DNA of 55,881 nt, counting the filler, from Sphacelaria rigidula (Eukaryota), in NCBI GenBank assembly GCA_964200075.2. It is 5 parts of 5 records of this genome, joined end to end, with 100 filler letters (N's around TTAATTAATTAA, not from the genome) between each part and the next. Parts side by side here need not be neighbours in the genome. Positions count along the whole stretch, not along the records: positions 44,787 to 55,881 come from CAXNAA020005394.1; 4 more parts are not named here. The stretch is one strand, 5' to 3'. Below are positions 50,901 through 55,881 of this stretch, piece after piece; the stretch's first letter is position 1; each line of letters opens with the position of its first letter. Below the pieces are notes generated by a model. The model saw nothing but the letters and a program-made list of their open reading frames with translations, was not told where the DNA came from and did no database searches. The position numbers were made by a program, and so were the translations under genes.

Positions 50901-53900
50901 AGGTGATGCAAGAGAAGCTTCTCGGCCCGGCGCACCCTAGCCTGGCTGCGACGATCCACAATCGTGCGGGATTGTTGAAAGCTCAGGTGCGAGCCGATGA
51001 AGCTTGTTCGTTGTTGGGTGTCCGTGTGGGCGATATTGTGTGTTTTCGATGTTGTTCCCTAGTGCTGTGGGCCAGCGTTGACTGAGACGGCGGTCTCGGT
51101 TAGGCCATCCCGTTGTACCTCTGGGTCGTGGAGATCAGGCATTTTACTCTTGATCCTGTACATACTTGCTGCACACCTGGGCGGTATGGTGGCGTGAGCA
51201 TCTCTCCGCCGTTGAAGCTCTGGCCTTTACCGATCTGGGCTACTCCCGCGATCTTCACTACATCGCAGGGCAAGTACGCCGAGGCTGAGCCACTTTTAGA
51301 GCGGTGCCAGGCGATGCAGGAGAAGGTATTCGGCTCTGAGCACCCAAACGTGGCGGCAGCGCTGGGAAGCCGTGCGGAGCTGTTGCAAGCTCGGGTGAGA
51401 GCCAATGGAACTTTGTCGTAGCCGTGTTCACGCGTGAACGACATCGTGTGGTGTCGATGTTGTTATTTGGTCCTGTTGGACAACGTTTACCGAGAGAGTG
51501 CAGCAATGCTAACCTGTGGTACATCTGAGCCGTCGGGGTTTTGCATAGTACCTTCGACCCTGTATATATACGGTAGCGCTCGTCGGCTGCACATCAAGGC
51601 GGGGTGGTGGTGCGAGCGTCGCGCCACCGTTGTGGGTCCGCCGCTGACTGTTATAGGTTGCTCCTGCGTCATGGACTACATTGCAGGGCGAGTTCCCGGG
51701 GGCGGAGAAAATCTTCAAGCGGTGCCAGGTGATGCTGGAGAAGGTTCTCGGCCTGGAGCACCCAAGCTTGGCCACAACGCTTAACAACCTTGCGGGTTTG
51801 TTGCAAGCTCAGGTATGAACCGATGGAACTTCCTAGTTACGTATCGACGTGTGAGCGACAACATGCGTTTTTGAAGTTGTTCGCTGGTGCTGTGAGCCAA
51901 CGTTGACATAGAGGGCGCGTGCGGCGAGCCCAACTCATGGTACCTCTGAGCCGTAAAGACGAGGCAATCGGCGTCGTGTCTACGTTGCAGGGCAGGTACA
52001 TCGAGGCTGAGGTTCTCTACGAACGGTGCCAGGCGATCCAGCAGAAGGTTCTCGGCCCGAAGCACCCAAGTCTGGCCACAACGCTTAGCAACCGTGCGAG
52101 TTTGTTGAAGTGTCAGGTAAAGGCTAACGGAACTTCCTGCCAGTTGTGTGATTATGTGTAAACGTTTTTGTGTCGTGTTGGTGGTGTCCGCTGGTCTCGT
52201 GCGCCAACGTTGACTGAGGGTGAGTGTGGCGAAGCCAACTCGTTGCACCCCTGAGCCGACGTGATGCGCCATAGTTCCCTTGGCCCTGTACACACAGCGA
52301 TTCTCGGCTGCACATCTGGGTGGCGCGGTGGCGCGAACGTCTTGGTGCCGTTGTCGGTTCGACGTTGACTGCTACGGGCTGGATCTGCATCATGTACTAC
52401 ATTCCAGGGCAAGTACGCTGAAGCCGAGCCACTTTTCGAGCAGTGCCAGGAGATGAAGGAGATGATTCTCGGCATGGAGCACCCAAGCTTGGCCGCCACA
52501 CTCCGCAACCGTGCGGTGTTGTTGCAAGCTCAGGTGAGAGCGGATGGAGATTTGTTGGTGTCGTGTGTCGGCATATAAATGGCTTCGTGTGGTGTTGACG
52601 TTGTTCGCTGCTTCTGTGTGGTCGACGTTGACTGAGGGGGTGAGTGCGGCGAGGCCAACCTATTGCATATCTCAGCCGTCGATAGTGGGGATCGTATCAA
52701 TAGCCCTTCCTGTACACATCGCTCGCCGGCTGCACACCTGAGCGGGGTATTGCCCGTACGCCTCGCCGCCGTACTAGATCCGACGTCGACTGTTTCACGC
52801 TGCGTCTGCGTCCTTAACGACATTGCAGGGCAAGTACGCCGAAGCGGAGTCACTCTGCGAGCGAAGCCAGGCGATGCAGCAGAAGATTCTCGGCCCCGAG
52901 CATCCTGACTTGGCTGCAACCCTGTGTAGTCGGGCGAGGTTGTTGGAAGCTCAGGTGAGAGCCGTTGGAACCCCTCATCATCGTATGTCGACATGTCAAC
53001 GACACTGTGTAGCATCGGTGTAGTTCGCCGGTGCTGTGGGCCAACGTTGATTGACAAGGTGAGTGCCGCTAAGCTGAATAGAGGCACCTATGAGCGATCG
53101 AGATCTGGCATATTGCCCTTGACCCTGTACACGTAGGCCTCTCCCGCTGCACACCTAGGCTGGGCGGTGGCACGAGCGTCTCGCCGCCGTTGCGGGTTCG
53201 AGGTTGACTGTTATCGGTTGTTTGTGTCTCGTGCTACGGTGCAGGGCAAGTATGCCGACGCTGAGTCACTGTATGAGCGGTGCCAGGCGATCGAGGAAAA
53301 GGTTCTCGGCCCGGAGCACCCTAGCCTGGCTATAACGATCCACAATCGTGCGGGTTTGTTGCTAGCTCAGGTGCGAGCCGATGAAACTTGTTCGTTGTTG
53401 GGTGTCCGTGTGGACGACATTGTGTGTTTTCGATGTTGTTCGCTAGTGCTGTGGGCCAAAGTTGAACGAGAGGGCAGTCTCGGTTAGGCCATCCCGTTGT
53501 ACCTCTGGGTCGTGGAGGTCATGCATTTTTCTCTTGGCCCTATACATGATTGCTGCACACCTGGGCGGTATGGTGGCGCGAGCATCTCTCCGCCGTCGCA
53601 TATCCGACGTTGATGGTTACAAGATGCTCCTGCGTCGTGCACTGTATTACAGGGCAAGTACAACGAGGCTGAGCCACTTTTGGAGCGGTGCCAGGCGATG
53701 CAGGAGAGGGTTCTCGGCCTGGTGAACCCTGATTTAGCCGCAACGCTTCACAGCCGTGCGGGACTGTTGCAAGCTCAGGTGAGAGCCAACGGAACTTTGT
53801 CGTAGTCGTCTGTCAACTTGTACACGACATCGTGTGGTGGAGATGTTGTTATTTGGTCCTGTGAGCCAACGGTGACTCGGGAAATAAGTGCGGTGAAGTC

Positions 53901-55615
53901 AACTTGTTGTACATCTGAGCTGTCGAGTTCAGGCATAGTATTCTCGGCCCTGTCGGCACATTGCTCACCGGCTGCACATATGGACTAGCAATGGTGGAAG
54001 CTTCTGGTCCCCGATGTGGGTCCAATGTTGACCGTTACATGCTGCTCCTGAACCGTGTACTACATTTCAGGGCAAATACGCCGAGGCTGAGCCGCTATAT
54101 GAACGGTGCCAGGTGATCAAGGAGAAACTTCTTGGCCCCGACCACTCTGACTTGGCCGCCACGATCAACAACCGTGCGGGGTTATTGGAAGCTCAGGCGA
54201 GAGTCGGTAAAACGTTCTCGTGTTCGTGTGAAGGACATTGTGTGGTGTTGATGTTTGCTGATCCTGTGGGCCAGCGTTGTCTGAGAGGGTAAGTGCTGCC
54301 AGACGAATCCGTTGTACCCCTGAGCAGTCGAGATTGGGCATAGTATCCGTGGTCCTGTACACACATCGCTCACCGGCGGCACACCTGAACGGAGCGATGG
54401 CGCAAATGTCTCGCCGCCGTCATAAGTCAGACGTTGATTGTCACGCGATGCTTCTGCGTCGTTTCTACATTGCAGGGCAAGTACACCCAGGCTGAGCCAC
54501 TCTACAAGCGCTGCCAAGCGATACTGGAGAAGGCTCTCGGCCCGGAGCACCCGAACTTGGCCAGAACGCTTCAAAACCGTGCGTGGTTGTTGCAAGCTCA
54601 GGTGAGAGCCGATGTACCTTTCTCGTAGTCGTGTGTCGACGTGTTGACTGAGAATGTGATTACCCCGAGACCAATCCGCTGTACGTTTGAGTGGTCGAGA
54701 TCGGGAAGAGTACTCTTGGCGCTGTACACACATCGCTCGCCGGCTGTGCACCAGGGCAGGGTGGTGGCGGGAGCGTCTCGTCGCTATTGTGTCCGGCGTT
54801 TACTGTTCTAGGCTTGTTGTGCGTCGTACACTACATTGCAGGGCAAGTATGCTGAGGCTGAGCCACTTTACGAGCAGTGTCAAGCGATCGAGGAAAACGT
54901 TTTCGGTCCGGAGCACCCGAGCCTGGCCATGACGCTTCGCAACCGTGCGGGGTTGTTTCAAGCTCAGGTGAGAGCCGATGGAACTTTGTCGTTGTTGTGT
55001 GTTGGTTTGAACGACATTGTGGTGTTGATGTTTGCTGGTGGTGTTGACTGAGAGGGTGGAAGCGTGGAAGTCAACCCCTTTGTTTGTCCTTGACGGATGT
55101 AACAAACCCAACCTAACACTTACCTCCCAAGCGAGTTCGTGTCCCGATTAGCCAAATGCTCGGCTAGACTGCCTCGCGGCAGTCATATGGGGAAGGCGCC
55201 CCGGGCGTTCGCAAGCTTTGCTGAAGGCAGTGTGGGGGATGCTCCCACTAAACCACCTATCAACTTGGCGCTGTGCACGCGCCGCCATGCTCTCAGGAGC
55301 TTCGGCCCTAGAGAAAGCCATCCCTTCGTACCCCTTAGCCGTCGAGATCGGGCGTAGTACCCTTCGCCTTCGCACGCATCGGAGGCCGGCTGCACACAAA
55401 GGCGAGGCGGTAACCCGGGCATCTCTCCGCCGTTGTAGATCCGACGCTGACTGCTACAGGCTACCCCTGCGTCGTATACTGCACTGCAGGGCAAGTACGC
55501 CGAGGCCGAGCCACTTTTCGAGCGGTGCCAGGCGATGCAGGAGAAGGTTCTCGGCCCGGTAAACCGTGATTTGGCCGTCACGCTCCACAACCGTGCGAGG
55601 TTGTTGCAAGCTCAG
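44990..55615 (+). CDS. Array of 18 one-repeat-per-exon 42-aa TPR exons (kinesin light chain/TPR_10-12 type; probable NB-ARC-TPR-like receptor), open at both ends
   Basis: 126-nt phase-0 exons start at 44990, 45443, 45858, 46275, 46673, 50429, 50861, 51269, 51687, 51991, 52408, 52829, 53245, 53653, 54071, 54476, 54842 and 55490. Consensus GKYAEAEPLYERCQAxxEKVLGPEHPxLAxTLxNRAxLLQAQ. All have YAG acceptors; 17 have GT donors and 1 has a GC donor. No stops or frameshifts. Confidence 0.95.
46959..50173. mobile_element. ~3.2-kb TIR DNA transposon (decayed or non-autonomous) in TPR intron 5
   Basis: Termini TATGGGGGGGGTGAATG / CATTCACCCCCATA, flanked by ACAGT at 46954-46958 and 50174-50178. The paralogous intron 4 shows the empty site GAGCACAGTGTC. 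No intact transposase recognised. Confidence 0.85.
47913..48881. mobile_element. 969-bp Tc1/mariner-type (Stowaway-like) MITE nested in the TIR element
   Basis: TA + CTTCCTCTGTCTTATAAGTCTGTGCCGAATTG ... CAATTCGGCACGGACTTATGAGACAGAGGAAG + TA. Three internal tandem units at ~48195-48644. Confidence 0.85.
50099..50366. repeat. 134-bp tandem duplication spanning the transposon right junction
   Basis: Units 50099-50232 and 50233-50366 each contain the TIR, ACAGT and ~54 nt of host intron. Confidence 0.92.
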
Positions 55616-55881
55616 GTGAGAGATGTACCTTTATCGTGGTCTTGTGCCGACGCGTGAACGATATCGTGTGGTGTTGATGGTCCTGGATGATCCTGTGGGA
55701 CAACATTGACTGAGGGTGAGTGCGGAGAAGCCAACCTGTTATATCGGGCATACCCGTACTTGTGCGAGTCATCGCACACCCCCTGAACCGAACGTCAAAG
55801 CTCGATTACTCTATGACGAAGAGGGTGACAATGCCAAACGACGCGTTTTTGGACATCTATCGACGAGATATTTCCAGCGTC

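Noticed and set aside
44990-55615. CRISPR-like or satellite array
   Set aside because: The units are 126-nt open exons with splice sites, and the spacers are mutually homologous introns rather than unique spacers. No cas genes are present.
1-55881. A functional cluster of RRM, ankyrin, CID, kinase, GNAT and TPR genes
   Set aside because: They lie on different contigs joined artificially; only the kinase and GNAT genes share a contig.

Overview
Eukaryotic, intron-rich DNA, most consistent with a brown alga or related stramenopile (inference from gene content and architecture). The window is not one locus. It is five unrelated ~11.1 kb contigs (11097, 11097, 11096, 11096 and 11095 bp) joined by artificial N44-TTAATTAATTAA-N44 linkers. 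Contig 1 holds the 3' part of a multi-RRM RNA-binding protein gene, with a degenerate organellar-type SSU rRNA fragment in one intron. Contig 2 holds part of an ankyrin-repeat gene on the minus strand. Contig 3 holds a CHERP-like CID-domain gene. Contig 4 holds the tail of an AGC kinase gene and a convergent GNAT acetyltransferase gene. Contig 5 is the standout: 18 intact, phase-0, exactly 126-nt exons, each encoding one 42-aa TPR unit. They are separated by mutually homologous ~290-nt introns, vary most at ligand-binding-face residues, and show patchwork similarity between units. This matches the exon-shuffled TPR candidate immune-receptor architecture described in brown algae. Introns throughout are packed with small mobile elements: TTAA, Sola-like and Stowaway-like MITEs, foldbacks and tRNA-derived SINEs. 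They also contain two related retroposon-like families that end in poly(C) and insert next to G-runs.
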